Shown: positions 8,917 to 19,730, counted from the stretch's first letter. The stretch: 57,870 nucleotides of DNA from a virus (IMGVR_UViG_3300049489_000130:1-57870); one strand, 5' to 3'. Made by a program: numbers and translations. Notes: generated by a model from the sequence alone, not told the origin.

Positions 8917-9386
8917 GTGATACTATAGATGTGTTTTCAAGAACACAGATCATCGAGGTTGATCCCACAGCACAGATCGTATTTGCTGAAAACCAAGAAT
9001 TAGTTATCGATCCATCGACACAAGAAGTTGACGTTGTTTCGGTTCTCTATGCCATAAATGTACTTAGTGCTCCTGCCTCGGTAAGCGTTATCAATGCCGG
9101 CCCGCAAGGTCCTCCGGGCGCTTCCAACATACCTTCAAATTTGGCCCAAGCTGCGTTCCAGAAAGCCGAGTCGCTCGGGAATAAAGAGATCGGCTATACT
9201 TCTGGGCTGCCAAGCATTATCCGTTACCTTGATGGTTTAACTTTAGTGTATGAGTCAGCTATAACCTATTCGTCTGGCCTACCGGTTTTGATTCAGTTAA
9301 CAAGACTATCGGATAACCAAGTATTTGAAAAAGAGATTACCTATACAAATAGTCTCCCGGTTTCTGTAGAATGGCGTGTCGTTTAG
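8913..9386 (+). CDS. Putative minor structural protein with short collagen-like motif
   Basis: GPQGPPG and repeated YxxGLP motifs. Confidence 0.6.
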   Translation: MSDTIDVFSRTQIIEVDPTAQIVFAENQELVIDPSTQEVDVVSVLYAINVLSAPASVSVINAGPQGPPGASNIPSNLAQAAFQKAESLGNKEIGYTSGLPSIIRYLDGLTLVYESAITYSSGLPVLIQLTRLSDNQVFEKEITYTNSLPVSVEWRVV

Positions 9387-9431
9387 ACCCATTCAGACTA
9401 ACCACCACATTCGAAAAGAAAGAAGAGTCAG

Positions 9432-10865
9432 ATGGCACTCATCACAGATCCCGACCTTTTGGACGATGGCCCAACCGACAACGGGACTACCGAAGTATTC
9501 ATCAACACCACAACCAAGACTATAAAGCTTACCACTACAGGGGCATTGTCTACTGACGGGGTTACCCTTAAAGCTCTTTATTCTTTCTTGAAGGAAGAGT
9601 GGAAGAACGATCCTCACACGAAGAATCTTGCGGCCTTCCCTTTCCCTCTCACCCCAATTACGGATGAATCATATGAGTTCATCGAAGGTTGGGACATGTT
9701 CAACGATGCTGCTCGGTATCTCATTCGAACTTCAGGGTGGACTGTTCGTAATACCTCAGGTCTTGTTACTCAACAGTGGGCGGGTATCATCGGACTTGGT
9801 AGCATCGAAGCGAACGACCAGTTGTATATCCAACAGTCTTCGGGTGGCGCAGCAACCAACATTGTTCTTACAGGGCAGGTAAACCAAGCGGTCCAAATCC
9901 TTAAGGACGACGATGGCGATGGTAACTTTGCCGAGGGTTCTGACTTTGATCGTCGTACTTACTTCACGCTTTTCGGTCGTGAGCAAGCACAGGTCTTTGG
10001 ACGCTCTAAACTCTCCGACATCGGTGTTGTTTCCATGGGCCCACAGGCTTATCGATTCCCAATCTCGACTGGTGCTGATCTCAAAGTAACGACTGCCGAC
10101 ACCGGAATCAAGGCTTCCGGGTCTGGTTATCCCGCGGATGTGGCTCCTTATTCCGGGATGAGTATTACTTATCATAGCACTCCGCAATCTAGAGCGATTG
10201 GTACTAATAACTATAACTTTGGGATCACTGTTGATGGAAACGGCCAGCCTCTCCAGAAGATTTATGAGTTCATTCAGTACGCACTTCGCCAGAACGTAGA
10301 CATCGCTGCTGGTGCTGCTAATGTTATCGGTAAGACTGCCGACCCACTCGCACGTTATGTTGGTGACACTTTCTATACTGTCGCTGCTTCCAACCCAGAA
10401 GGTGGTGGAACTGGAGTTTGGATCGCCAACTTTGCAACAGTCGACGTTAACTCTATTGTTCTTGTTGATAATACCGGCGCAGAGCGAACCTTCCCGTATA
10501 CCGCATCTCTTACCATCAACTTCAACGATAACCTTGACAATGATGCCGCTGCTGAGTACTGGGTGTATTTTACCACACTTCCTGGCGCTACAAATGACTT
10601 TGGCGAATCTGGCGCGGTTCTGGTTCAAGACGCGGATGATGTTGCTATGACCGGACTTGTTCCTGGTTCTTCAGTAACACATACGTTTGACTATGACGGT
10701 AATGTTCAGGGTGGTAGGACTGCCGGAACAGATGCTGGAATTACCGTAGTCGCGATTGGTCTGGCGACAGGGCAATATGTCCGTGCTACCGGGTCTATTC
10801 AGCGTTCTACTTCCAATTCAATCGCCCTTGTTGCACCATTGGAGCGCACATACGCCAACCCGTAA
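9432..10865 (+). CDS. Putative virion structural protein (477 aa)
   Basis: Thr/Gly/Asn-rich beta-type composition; N-terminus related to 13481-13930. Confidence 0.6.
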   Translation: MALITDPDLLDDGPTDNGTTEVFINTTTKTIKLTTTGALSTDGVTLKALYSFLKEEWKNDPHTKNLAAFPFPLTPITDESYEFIEGWDMFNDAARYLIRTSGWTVRNTSGLVTQQWAGIIGLGSIEANDQLYIQQSSGGAATNIVLTGQVNQAVQILKDDDGDGNFAEGSDFDRRTYFTLFGREQAQVFGRSKLSDIGVVSMGPQAYRFPISTGADLKVTTADTGIKASGSGYPADVAPYSGMSITYHSTPQSRAIGTNNYNFGITVDGNGQPLQKIYEFIQYALRQNVDIAAGAANVIGKTADPLARYVGDTFYTVAASNPEGGGTGVWIANFATVDVNSIVLVDNTGAERTFPYTASLTINFNDNLDNDAAAEYWVYFTTLPGATNDFGESGAVLVQDADDVAMTGLVPGSSVTHTFDYDGNVQGGRTAGTDAGITVVAIGLATGQYVRATGSIQRSTSNSIALVAPLERTYANP

Positions 10866-10875
10866 GAGGTGAATA

Positions 10876-13479
10876 ATGGCCACATTTACGATCACTACTG
10901 ATCAAAACTGGGACACTCTTGCTGGTAAAGCTGGCGGAGATACTTATAACATTAACAGTGGTGGTATTCTTCGTATCGATACAGATACGCGCTGGTGCGC
11001 CAACACATCTACAACTGTCGGTACCATTGGCCCAATGACCATAACCGCAGGAACCGTTCTCATGGACGGAACTAAGGTCCGGCTTATTCCTTATAACACC
11101 GGAACAGGTAACGTTCCTGCCGCTGGCACTACCATCACACAAGGCGGAGTGACTTCAGTATTCCTTTGCGCTATGTCTGCCGTAAACGCTGTGCCTACGG
11201 CTTATGGTTCCGCGATGCCCGCAACCGGCTTCATCAAAGTCAAGAATAAAACCGGCGGTGATTATGCTGCTGGAGCTTTGACTGGGATTGGAGCTTCGTC
11301 TACAGGTGCTGATGTTGTCGGATGGATTGAAATTGCTGCCGATGAGGTCGCCGCCAATGTTTTCACTATCCCTCGATTGGGGAAGTGGCAGATTACCGGC
11401 GAGTGGTATGCGGCGGGAACAACCAACGGATCTCGAGGTCAGACCATTCAGTTGCCAAACGGTACGGCTGGTGCTGGTCTCAGGACTCCTGGAGTCTGGA
11501 TTGAAACTTCCGCTGGATCCGACACGTATGAATTCTGGCCAGCCCTTTCCACGGCCAACGGGTTTGTTACTACAGCACATGGAACTGATGATCGTTCTCG
11601 TGTTGTACAAGACGCAACTGGTGGTCTGATTCGGATCGGATCCGATGGTACAAACAACATCGGCCATCTTCCTCCAACTGGGTGTAAGATTCGTATCCCA
11701 AATGTGATGCTCACCGGCAATACAACGGCGGCAAGACAGACCGCGGTTATCCCAAACTCTACAATAGCTACACGATTTGAGACTGTAACAACTTCCGCCG
11801 GTGTTATCGATATTAATAAAGCGGCTATTCACTGGTATCTCAATATTTCACAGGCATACAGCGTCAAGTTGAATTATTGTAGTGTCTTTGATGGGCCTCA
11901 TATTATTTCGGAAGTCGCTGCTCCTCTTGATCTAAATAATTTCAATATTGTTCCAGCTAATGCGCTTGATGCTCAGTCATTAACGCTTTCTTCATGTTTT
12001 GCGGGTGGGGCAATAACCGACTGTAAGTTTGGACGAGCTGGAACCATAGCGGCATCCGACCATATCGGGACTGTTTCTTTCTGCATTGGGCAGACTTGGA
12101 CCAGAGTTCATGCAATTGCATTTACAGTTAGAACAAACGCTACATATCCGAGATTCATCTTAACTTCATGTGATAATCAGGTTCTCGATGATTTTCGGGT
12201 TACTGGTTTGGCGCTTAACTTAGTGACCTGTTCGAACGTTAGTGTTTTGAACATGAAGTATTGCGATACATGTATCGCGCAAAGCACATCGAACCCCACG
12301 TATGCGTTGTTGATCGAGACGAGATGTAACGGAGTTACGGTTAACGGGTTTGGTCTTTATGGCTCAACTATCAACATGCATCCTTATTCTGGGTTGTTCA
12401 GTATAACAGCGAGTAAGAACATAAAGATCCGAAACATCGGAACTCCAGCAGCTCGATTCCAAATGGGTACAGCAAACGCTTCTGGCGTTATCGTCAACCA
12501 TGGCGGTAACAGCGACGGAATTGAAGTCAAAAGAGTTTATACTCAGAACACAAGAACAGGCATCTACACCACTCTGAACTCCGACACTAATGTTCTCTAT
12601 GAGAACGTATGGGGTGATGCTGGCGATGTTCCCAACGCTCAGTGTTTGAACATGCTTCAACGTGGAATGTACGCTGGAGGAACACCGACGGTTGCTTTTA
12701 CTTCAGTTTATGGGTCTATCTTTTGGGATGCGTTCATCAGTGCCACGCAAGGTCGCGTTGGATTGTTCGGAAACGAACCAACGGCATTACAGGCTTCTTA
12801 CGTCTACGACAAGACAATTAGCGGCGCCTCTGGGTGGACTTCAACAGGAGCACTTTCTCTTGTTGTTCTAAACAATACAGTCACGTACGAATGGCCCCAC
12901 TTCGTTAAAGGGTACACCTCGGGCGCTAACGTCGCTACCGTAGTCACAGGTACAAACGTAACTTTGTCTGGCAACGTTCATGGTAACCACACAATCACTT
13001 ACCAAATCGACAAAGGGTCTGGTTGGAACGGTTCGTGGATTCCGTTTACTCAGGCGAACATTGCTGCGGAAACTGGAATCAGCGCGACGGTCGGGTTTAA
13101 GTTGAAAATAAAAGTTGTTTGTAGTACAGCCGCGACTAATAACGCCATCACGGGAATTTATGCTACATTCACAACCGATTCGACGAGTCAACAAACGCAG
13201 TATCCACTTGATCTGAACACGTTGTCTCTTACCGGGCTTAAAAACCCAACCGAGATTCGGGTGTTCAATGCTGGAACTACCACGGAGATTGCAGGGCAAG
13301 AAGCAGTTACCTCTGGAACTTTCACTACATCTATTGACGCCGGAGCATATCCGTCCGTTGATATTTCTGTGATTTCTCTTGGGTATCAAAATACGCGATT
13401 GCTTTCTATTTCTATGGCAGGAGGAAACGTTTCAATCCCAGTACAGCAACAGATAGATCGACAGTATTGGAACGAGTGA
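10876..13479 (+). CDS. Putative beta-helix tailspike-like structural protein (867 aa)
   Basis: Beta-helix-like repeats (SNVSVLN, NGVTVNG, KNIKIRN) and Thr/Gly-rich composition. Confidence 0.6.
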   Translation: MATFTITTDQNWDTLAGKAGGDTYNINSGGILRIDTDTRWCANTSTTVGTIGPMTITAGTVLMDGTKVRLIPYNTGTGNVPAAGTTITQGGVTSVFLCAMSAVNAVPTAYGSAMPATGFIKVKNKTGGDYAAGALTGIGASSTGADVVGWIEIAADEVAANVFTIPRLGKWQITGEWYAAGTTNGSRGQTIQLPNGTAGAGLRTPGVWIETSAGSDTYEFWPALSTANGFVTTAHGTDDRSRVVQDATGGLIRIGSDGTNNIGHLPPTGCKIRIPNVMLTGNTTAARQTAVIPNSTIATRFETVTTSAGVIDINKAAIHWYLNISQAYSVKLNYCSVFDGPHIISEVAAPLDLNNFNIVPANALDAQSLTLSSCFAGGAITDCKFGRAGTIAASDHIGTVSFCIGQTWTRVHAIAFTVRTNATYPRFILTSCDNQVLDDFRVTGLALNLVTCSNVSVLNMKYCDTCIAQSTSNPTYALLIETRCNGVTVNGFGLYGSTINMHPYSGLFSITASKNIKIRNIGTPAARFQMGTANASGVIVNHGGNSDGIEVKRVYTQNTRTGIYTTLNSDTNVLYENVWGDAGDVPNAQCLNMLQRGMYAGGTPTVAFTSVYGSIFWDAFISATQGRVGLFGNEPTALQASYVYDKTISGASGWTSTGALSLVVLNNTVTYEWPHFVKGYTSGANVATVVTGTNVTLSGNVHGNHTITYQIDKGSGWNGSWIPFTQANIAAETGISATVGFKLKIKVVCSTAATNNAITGIYATFTTDSTSQQTQYPLDLNTLSLTGLKNPTEIRVFNAGTTTEIAGQEAVTSGTFTTSIDAGAYPSVDISVISLGYQNTRLLSISMAGGNVSIPVQQQIDRQYWNE

Positions 13480-13480
13480 T

Positions 13481-13930
13481 ATGGCTATAACGTTTGATGG
13501 ACCAACAAAGATAATCACTCTAACTTCCGGCACGACATCATTAGATGTGGTAGATCTTTATTCTCGCTGGAAAGACTGGGTGGCGTCTGGAAATGCTAAT
13601 TTTCTGTCGGCGTTTGATGTCGTTGGTGGAAATTCAATCGATGCTATATCTGGGACTTCTGTTCCTCTATACGCGTTCTTAACAAACGGTTGGCGCCTCC
13701 GGCCACAAGAAGCTAGTCATACCCTAAACGTTTTTGGCGGGGTTCTTCTTGTGGCTGGAGGTGGTGATCCATTCATCAATCCGGTTGGTAATTATGTTGT
13801 CCGAATCAATTACCAACAGCCAGTTCAGGCGATCACTGTCTCGACTGGTGGCGGAGCTGGTGGATTGACTCCAGAGCAAGAAGAGAAACTAACCAAAGCG
13901 GCAAATCTTGCCGGCATAAATCTAGTCTAA
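13481..13930 (+). CDS. Putative structural protein
   Basis: TKIITL..LYSRWKDW..GW pattern shared with the N-terminus of 9432-10865. Confidence 0.6.
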   Translation: MAITFDGPTKIITLTSGTTSLDVVDLYSRWKDWVASGNANFLSAFDVVGGNSIDAISGTSVPLYAFLTNGWRLRPQEASHTLNVFGGVLLVAGGGDPFINPVGNYVVRINYQQPVQAITVSTGGGAGGLTPEQEEKLTKAANLAGINLV

Positions 13931-13942
13931 CAAGGAGGTAGC

Positions 13943-14281
13943 GTGGCTTCAACACAAAGACGCAAAGAAGAAAAACCATTGCGGCCTGCCACTACCCCCG
14001 AGGGTAGAGAAAATCAACTCGTCTCTCTTGCTGTCGATCTTGCCGAAAGACAACTTAGAGATGGAACGGCCTCCGCTCAAGTCATAGGGCATTATCTCAA
14101 GATGGCCTCCACTCGAGAAAAGTTAGAGCAGAAAAGACTTGCTAGCGAGAATGAACTCCTCGCGGCAAAGATCAAACACATGGCTTCTGCTGAGCGCATC
14201 GAAGAACTGTATACTACGGCATTGAACGCTATGCGTACCTATGCAGGGCAGGATGAATTCGATTTCGATGACGAAGAATAG
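13943..14281 (+). CDS. Probable terminase small subunit
   Basis: GTG start with AGGAGG; helical protein directly upstream of the HNH and packaging genes. Confidence 0.55.
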   Translation: MASTQRRKEEKPLRPATTPEGRENQLVSLAVDLAERQLRDGTASAQVIGHYLKMASTREKLEQKRLASENELLAAKIKHMASAERIEELYTTALNAMRTYAGQDEFDFDDEE

Positions 14282-14681
14282 AACATATTCTGAACTTGAA
14301 CGACTACCTACTTTTGAGGAGCGTTATGATTACTTACGTCTTGGCGGAAGCGTTGGGGTTTCTACTTTTGGTTTCGACCGTTATATTAATCAAGATTTCT
14401 ACCGATCTAGGGATTGGAAACTCACTCGGGATTACGTGATAATCAGAGATAATGGATGTGATCTAGGTATATCTGGGTATGAAATTCATGATTCCATACT
14501 CGTGCACCATATGAATCCTATGTCTGCTGACGACGTTATTCATGGTGAAGAGTGGATATTAAATCCGGAATTCTTGATATCCACAACAAAAGATACACAT
14601 AACGCCATACATTATGGCGATCGCTCACTTCTAAGACAACTATTTGTCGAAAGAGGCCCGGGCGACACTAGACTCTGGTGA
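14268..14681 (+). CDS. Packaging-associated HNH endonuclease
   Basis: FYRSRDW, RDNGCD, VHHMNP and THNAIH motifs. Confidence 0.85.
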   Translation: MTKNRTYSELERLPTFEERYDYLRLGGSVGVSTFGFDRYINQDFYRSRDWKLTRDYVIIRDNGCDLGISGYEIHDSILVHHMNPMSADDVIHGEEWILNPEFLISTTKDTHNAIHYGDRSLLRQLFVERGPGDTRLW

Positions 14682-14691
14682 AGGAGTTAAA

Positions 14692-15621
14692 ATGGCGAAT
14701 ATTTATCCACGAGCATATATAGGAACACCCGAACCACCCCCAACAAGACCCAGACTTCGTCGGGTGAATGTTCTTCTCGCGCATGAGGTTGGTGTAAATA
14801 CGCCACTAAACGGAAGGTATCGGTCTTCTGATCCAGCTCGCGTTCTTTCGGACGCAAAAGCTGCTGCGTCTTATGGTATTTCTGCAAATAAAACCTGGGA
14901 ATACAACTGGATGATTGGCCTTGACGGTTCGATCTTCACGCAAGCCGGAGAGTTCTTAGGTGCACATTGCTTAAATTTCAACCCAAAGTCTGCGGGTTGT
15001 ATATTTTTAAACGCCACCGATGTTCCTCTCACACAGGCGCAAATTGATTCTTGGTTCCAAGTTCGACAGCATGCGGTCGATCTTGAGGTTCTGACGTCTG
15101 ATCATGAAGTCGCTCCTCATTATCGATACCGGTCAACTTCTTGCTGTGGAATTCACGCTGACAAACCAGGTTGGTACTGGGCTTCACCCACTGGCGAAGG
15201 TCGTGTCGGTAATCTTCGTTCGGTTCTTTTGGATCGTCCTGTTCCACCGACTCCACCACCAGTAGAAAACTATCAAAGGATCGCTATGGCATCTTCATTT
15301 GAATTCGCATCGGCCACACGTTGGGATACCCGAGGTTTTGGGGCTCCTCTTGCTGCTGGACAATACACGGTTAAACTTGACGGCTCTCTCGGTAAGGTCG
15401 GGGCTATGGTCAACATGACTATTGTTTCTCCAACCGCACCAGGTTTCGCTTCTCTTTGGAAGGACGGGCCTCGCCCAAATACCTCAAAGATTAACTATGT
15501 TCCTGGTGGCGCTATCGCCAATGAAGTTAGCGTGGCTCTTGCTGGAGACGGAAGTTTCCAGGTTTACATCTCGACCCCAGCGCACATCATTTTCGACCTT
15601 ACTGGCTACTGGCTGGCATAA
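14692..15621 (+). CDS. Endolysin: N-acetylmuramoyl-L-alanine amidase plus cell-wall-binding domain
   Basis: YNWMIGLDG, GAHC..FN and H....TSC Amidase_2 motifs; Pro-rich linker; C-terminal RWDTR...DLTGYW domain. Confidence 0.85.
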   Translation: MANIYPRAYIGTPEPPPTRPRLRRVNVLLAHEVGVNTPLNGRYRSSDPARVLSDAKAAASYGISANKTWEYNWMIGLDGSIFTQAGEFLGAHCLNFNPKSAGCIFLNATDVPLTQAQIDSWFQVRQHAVDLEVLTSDHEVAPHYRYRSTSCCGIHADKPGWYWASPTGEGRVGNLRSVLLDRPVPPTPPPVENYQRIAMASSFEFASATRWDTRGFGAPLAAGQYTVKLDGSLGKVGAMVNMTIVSPTAPGFASLWKDGPRPNTSKINYVPGGAIANEVSVALAGDGSFQVYISTPAHIIFDLTGYWLA

Positions 15622-15650
15622 GTCGCCAATAGTCTAAACGGAGGTTTTTC

Positions 15651-15995
15651 ATGGAAGACAGCATTCTAATCAGTACGAAAAAAATCCTTGGTGTTCCCGA
15701 AGAGTATACCGTATTTGATTTGGACATTATAACTCATATCAATGCTGCTTTCTCAGTTTTAACACAACTCGGCCTTGGGCCTGAGATTGGATTTATGATT
15801 GAGGATGATACAGCTCTTTGGTCTGAGTTCACGTCGAACATCTCAGCTTTGAATCTTATAAGAACTTACGTCTTTCTCAAAGTTAAGTTATTGTTTGATC
15901 CCCCAACTACTTCATTTCTAATTGATGCTACAAATCGCCAAATCGAGCAATATGAGTGGCGTCTTAACGTACTTAGAGAATCGGAGCTAACATGA
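15651..15995 (+). CDS. Head-to-tail connector / adaptor
   Basis: SIL.STKK.LG, FDLDI, LLFDPP and EWRL pattern; position among head genes. Confidence 0.7.
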   Translation: MEDSILISTKKILGVPEEYTVFDLDIITHINAAFSVLTQLGLGPEIGFMIEDDTALWSEFTSNISALNLIRTYVFLKVKLLFDPPTTSFLIDATNRQIEQYEWRLNVLRESELT

Positions 15996-16312
15996 TCATC
16001 GATTTAACCGATGACTTTCTCGAGCACTACGGCGTTAAAGGTCAGAAGTGGGGTGTTCGCCGAAAGTCAAAAGGACGAATTAGCGAACCTAATCCGAAAT
16101 TCATGTCGGATGACCAGCTTCGTAAAGCCATTAATCGAATGGAAATGCAAAAGAAGTACAAAGCATTAACCACTGAACAAAAAACTCATCCTGGTAAAAA
16201 GGTTGCTAACGATCTTCTTAAGAAAGCCGGGATGACTTTGTTTGGTGTTGCTGTTAGTACTGGCGCTAGTCTTGCTGTGAAAAAGGCTATGGGCGCTGTT
16301 GCAAAAACTTGA
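15992..16312 (+). CDS. HYG-motif (DUF7211-like) small protein
   Basis: N-terminal DDFLEHYGVKGQKWGVRR. Confidence 0.8.
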   Translation: MIIDLTDDFLEHYGVKGQKWGVRRKSKGRISEPNPKFMSDDQLRKAINRMEMQKKYKALTTEQKTHPGKKVANDLLKKAGMTLFGVAVSTGASLAVKKAMGAVAKT

Positions 16313-16330
16313 TATAGGGAGGCGGTCTAA

Positions 16331-18076
16331 TTGGGATTATCAAATACCGCTACACCAAAGTACTACGGAGAATTTCGTGAGGCAGTTCTTAGGGGAGAGA
16401 TCCCCGTAAATCGTGAAGTCTCAATGGAGATGAATCGAATCGATGAATTGATCGCCAATCCAGACATTTACTACGACGACAAAGCTGTTGAAGGTTTCGT
16501 CAAGTACTGTGAGATGGAATTAACTCTCACTGATGGTGGAGATTTACATCTGTTACCTACGTTCAAACTCTGGGCTGAACAGTTATTCGGCTGGTTCTAC
16601 TTTGTTGAACGTAGCGTCTATCAACCAGGACCAGAAGGTTCTATTGGTGGGTTCGTAACAAAGATGATTAAAAAAAGGCTTACTACAAAGCAATATTTGA
16701 TTGTTGCTCGAGGTGCGGCCAAGTCTATGTATGCGGCTTGCATTCAAGCGTATTTTCTGAATGTAGACACCGCTACTACCCATCAGATCACAACCGCTCC
16801 GACAATGAAACAGGCCGACGAAGTTATGTCGCCTATCCGCACCGCGGTTACCAGAGCTAAGGGCCCTCTTTTCAAATTCCTGACTGAAGGAAGTCTTCAA
16901 AACACAACGGGCTCAAGAGCTAACCGCGTAAAGTTGGCGTCAACTAAAAAGGGCGTCGAAAACTTTCTTACTGGCTCTTTGCTTGAGATTCGCCCAATGG
17001 CAATCAATAAGCTTCAGGGTCTTCGCCCTAAAGTCTCGACCATTGACGAATGGCTTTCTGGCGATATTCGAGAAGACATTGTCGGCGCAGTCGAACAGGG
17101 CGCTTCAAAACTAGAAGATTATGTTATCGTCGCTATTAGTTCTGAGGGCACCGTTCGAAATGGTTCTGGCGACACCATCAAGATGGAATTAGCAAGCATT
17201 CTAAAAGGTGAATACGTTGCCCCACATGTTTCGATATGGCATTACAAACTTGACGAAATTGAGGAAGTGGCAGATCCTTCAAAGTGGATCAAAGCAAACC
17301 CAAATTTAGGACTGACTGTTACCTATGACGTTTATCATCTTGATGTTGAAAGAGCAGAGAAAGCGCCTGCTTCTCGAAATGATATTCTTGCTAAGCGTTT
17401 TGGTATTCCTATGGAGGGATACACTTACTTCTTCACGTATGAAGAAACCATTATACATCGACCGAGAGATTTCTGGGGTATGCCTTGTGCTCTTGGCGCC
17501 GACCTATCGCAAGGCGATGACTTCTGTGCATTCACGTTCCTTTTCCCGTTGCCGAATGGTTCATTCGGGGTAAAGACACGCAGTTATATCACCACTCTTA
17601 CGTTAATGCGACTCCCTGGTGCTATGAGAGCCAAATATGAAGACTTCATCGCAGAAGGAAGTCTACACGTCTTAGAAGGCACTGTGTTGGACATGATAGA
17701 GGTCTATGACGACCTTGATGCGTTCATATTAGAAGCCGAATACGACGTTCGCTGCCTTGGTTTCGACCCTTATAACGCAAAAGAGTTTGTTAGTCGTTGG
17801 GAAGCCGAAAACGGCCCATATGGTATCGAGAAGGTTATTCAAGGTGCAAAGACTGAATCTGTTCCTCTTGGCGAGCTTAAATTGTTCAGCGAACAAAGAA
17901 TGCTTATATTTGACCAGGAATTGATGTCTTTTGCTATGGGTAATGCAATTACTCTTGAAGACACAAATGGAAACCGTAAACTTCTTAAGAAACGAACCGA
18001 AGAGAAAATTGACAACGTGTCCGCTTTGATGGACGCTTATGTAGCATACAAAGCCAATAAGGATGGTTTCGAATGA
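16331..18076 (+). CDS. terL: Terminase large subunit
   Basis: VARGAAKS Walker A variant, IDE Walker B, GADLS..DD nuclease motif, KIDNVSA. Confidence 0.95.
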   Translation: MGLSNTATPKYYGEFREAVLRGEIPVNREVSMEMNRIDELIANPDIYYDDKAVEGFVKYCEMELTLTDGGDLHLLPTFKLWAEQLFGWFYFVERSVYQPGPEGSIGGFVTKMIKKRLTTKQYLIVARGAAKSMYAACIQAYFLNVDTATTHQITTAPTMKQADEVMSPIRTAVTRAKGPLFKFLTEGSLQNTTGSRANRVKLASTKKGVENFLTGSLLEIRPMAINKLQGLRPKVSTIDEWLSGDIREDIVGAVEQGASKLEDYVIVAISSEGTVRNGSGDTIKMELASILKGEYVAPHVSIWHYKLDEIEEVADPSKWIKANPNLGLTVTYDVYHLDVERAEKAPASRNDILAKRFGIPMEGYTYFFTYEETIIHRPRDFWGMPCALGADLSQGDDFCAFTFLFPLPNGSFGVKTRSYITTLTLMRLPGAMRAKYEDFIAEGSLHVLEGTVLDMIEVYDDLDAFILEAEYDVRCLGFDPYNAKEFVSRWEAENGPYGIEKVIQGAKTESVPLGELKLFSEQRMLIFDQELMSFAMGNAITLEDTNGNRKLLKKRTEEKIDNVSALMDAYVAYKANKDGFE

Positions 18077-18498
18077 TTTACCAAGAGGATATTGACTTTC
18101 TCGAACATTATGGTGTTAAGGGGCAACGTTGGGGCGTTCGACGTGATCGTCGTGCTAACACACTTAAGAAGGTTGGGTCTGGTAAAGGATCAGGAACCGA
18201 GAAATTGAGGGCGTATACTACTGTTTCTCCTCTAGACGTTGCTAGAGGCAGAGGTTTTAAAGGAGCCGCCAAACTTAGAGGTGAGCGTCAGTTAAGTCGA
18301 AACGCCAGAATTAGAAAAGGTGAGGCTAGTGTACGCGATATACTTGTTTATTATGGTGGCACAAAACATCAGGATTTGATTCCTACTAACAAGAAGAAGA
18401 CAAATACTAAAGCTGCGTTAGGCGCATCTATAGCCGGTGTTGTTCTGGTAAGCATCGGCTCTAACGCCATTGGTGCCGCACTTAAAACAAATGCCTAA
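18073..18498 (+). CDS. HYG-motif (DUF7211-like) small basic protein
   Basis: N-terminal DFLEHYGVKGQRWGVRR. Confidence 0.8.
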   Translation: MIYQEDIDFLEHYGVKGQRWGVRRDRRANTLKKVGSGKGSGTEKLRAYTTVSPLDVARGRGFKGAAKLRGERQLSRNARIRKGEASVRDILVYYGGTKHQDLIPTNKKKTNTKAALGASIAGVVLVSIGSNAIGAALKTNA

Positions 18499-18533
18499 TT
18501 CTCCAACGCAATACTAAAAGGAGGTGAGCCAGC

Positions 18534-19730
18534 TTGCCAGTTCTCGATCAAGTACGAAAAGCATGGAATGCATTTAGAGGTGGAGGAGAAGATCATACAT
18601 ACAGGTCTTATGGACCTAGCGAGAGCACACACCCAGAACGTCGAACCTTTGGTTTTTACAACGAACGCTCTATTATCACCTCGATCTACACTAGAATCGG
18701 AATTGATGTAGCTGGAGTTGGCTTACGTCACGTACTTCTGGATGACGCAAATCGTTATGCGGATGACATTGTCAGTCCTCTTAACGATTGTCTTACTCTT
18801 GAACCAAACATGGACCAAGCGCCTCGAGCATTTAAGCAAGATATTGTTGCTACAATGTTTTCAAAGGGGGTTGCTGCAATAGTCCCTGTTGATACGGCGC
18901 AAAATCCGAATACTCACAGTAAATTTGACATCTACACATTACGTGTCGGCGAGATTGTTAAATGGTATCCGAAACATGTGAGAATTAGTCTCTACAATGA
19001 AGCTGAAGGTAAACGAGAAGAAATTACTCTCGAAAAAAGATTTGTGGCCATTGTAGAGAATCCGCTTTATGCCGTAATGAATGAACCCAACTCAACTCTT
19101 CAGCGTCTTATTAGGAAGCTTAGTCTTCTAGATGCTGTTGATGAACAGTCAAGTTCTGGTAAGTTGGATTTAATTATTCAACTTCCTTACGTGATCAAGT
19201 CGGAGGCTCGACGTCAACAGGCGGAACAACGCCGACAAGACATAGAGATCCAACTCAAAGGAAGTCAGTATGGAATTGCCTATACTGATGGTACCGAGAA
19301 GATCACTCAACTCAACCGTCCTGCTGAAAACAATTTGTTAAAGCAGGTAGAGTATCTTACCAATATGCTGTACGGTCAGCTAGGTATAACCGAAGACATC
19401 ATGAATGGCACCGCAGATGAAAAGGCCATGCTCAATTATTTCAATAGAACGATTGAGCCCATCCTTGATTCTATTGTGGAAGCCATGCAGCGATCGTTTA
19501 TCGGTCCTATGGGCACAAAAGAGAAGGAAAGGATTCGGTACTTCCGAGATCCGTTCAAGTTAGTCCCAGTTACTGAAATTGCCGAAATCGCAGACAAGTT
19601 TACTCGTAATGAAATTCTTACGTCAAACGAAATTCGCGGTTTCCTTGGGATCCCTCCATCTAAGGATCCTAAAGCAGATCAACTAATCAACAGTAACATG
19701 CCACAATCCGAAGCGGACTCTGAGTCTTAG
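18534..19730 (+). CDS. Portal protein (HK97-like)
   Basis: L..EPN and ILTSNEIR motifs; between terminase and capsid genes. Confidence 0.9.
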   Translation: MPVLDQVRKAWNAFRGGGEDHTYRSYGPSESTHPERRTFGFYNERSIITSIYTRIGIDVAGVGLRHVLLDDANRYADDIVSPLNDCLTLEPNMDQAPRAFKQDIVATMFSKGVAAIVPVDTAQNPNTHSKFDIYTLRVGEIVKWYPKHVRISLYNEAEGKREEITLEKRFVAIVENPLYAVMNEPNSTLQRLIRKLSLLDAVDEQSSSGKLDLIIQLPYVIKSEARRQQAEQRRQDIEIQLKGSQYGIAYTDGTEKITQLNRPAENNLLKQVEYLTNMLYGQLGITEDIMNGTADEKAMLNYFNRTIEPILDSIVEAMQRSFIGPMGTKEKERIRYFRDPFKLVPVTEIAEIADKFTRNEILTSNEIRGFLGIPPSKDPKADQLINSNMPQSEADSES

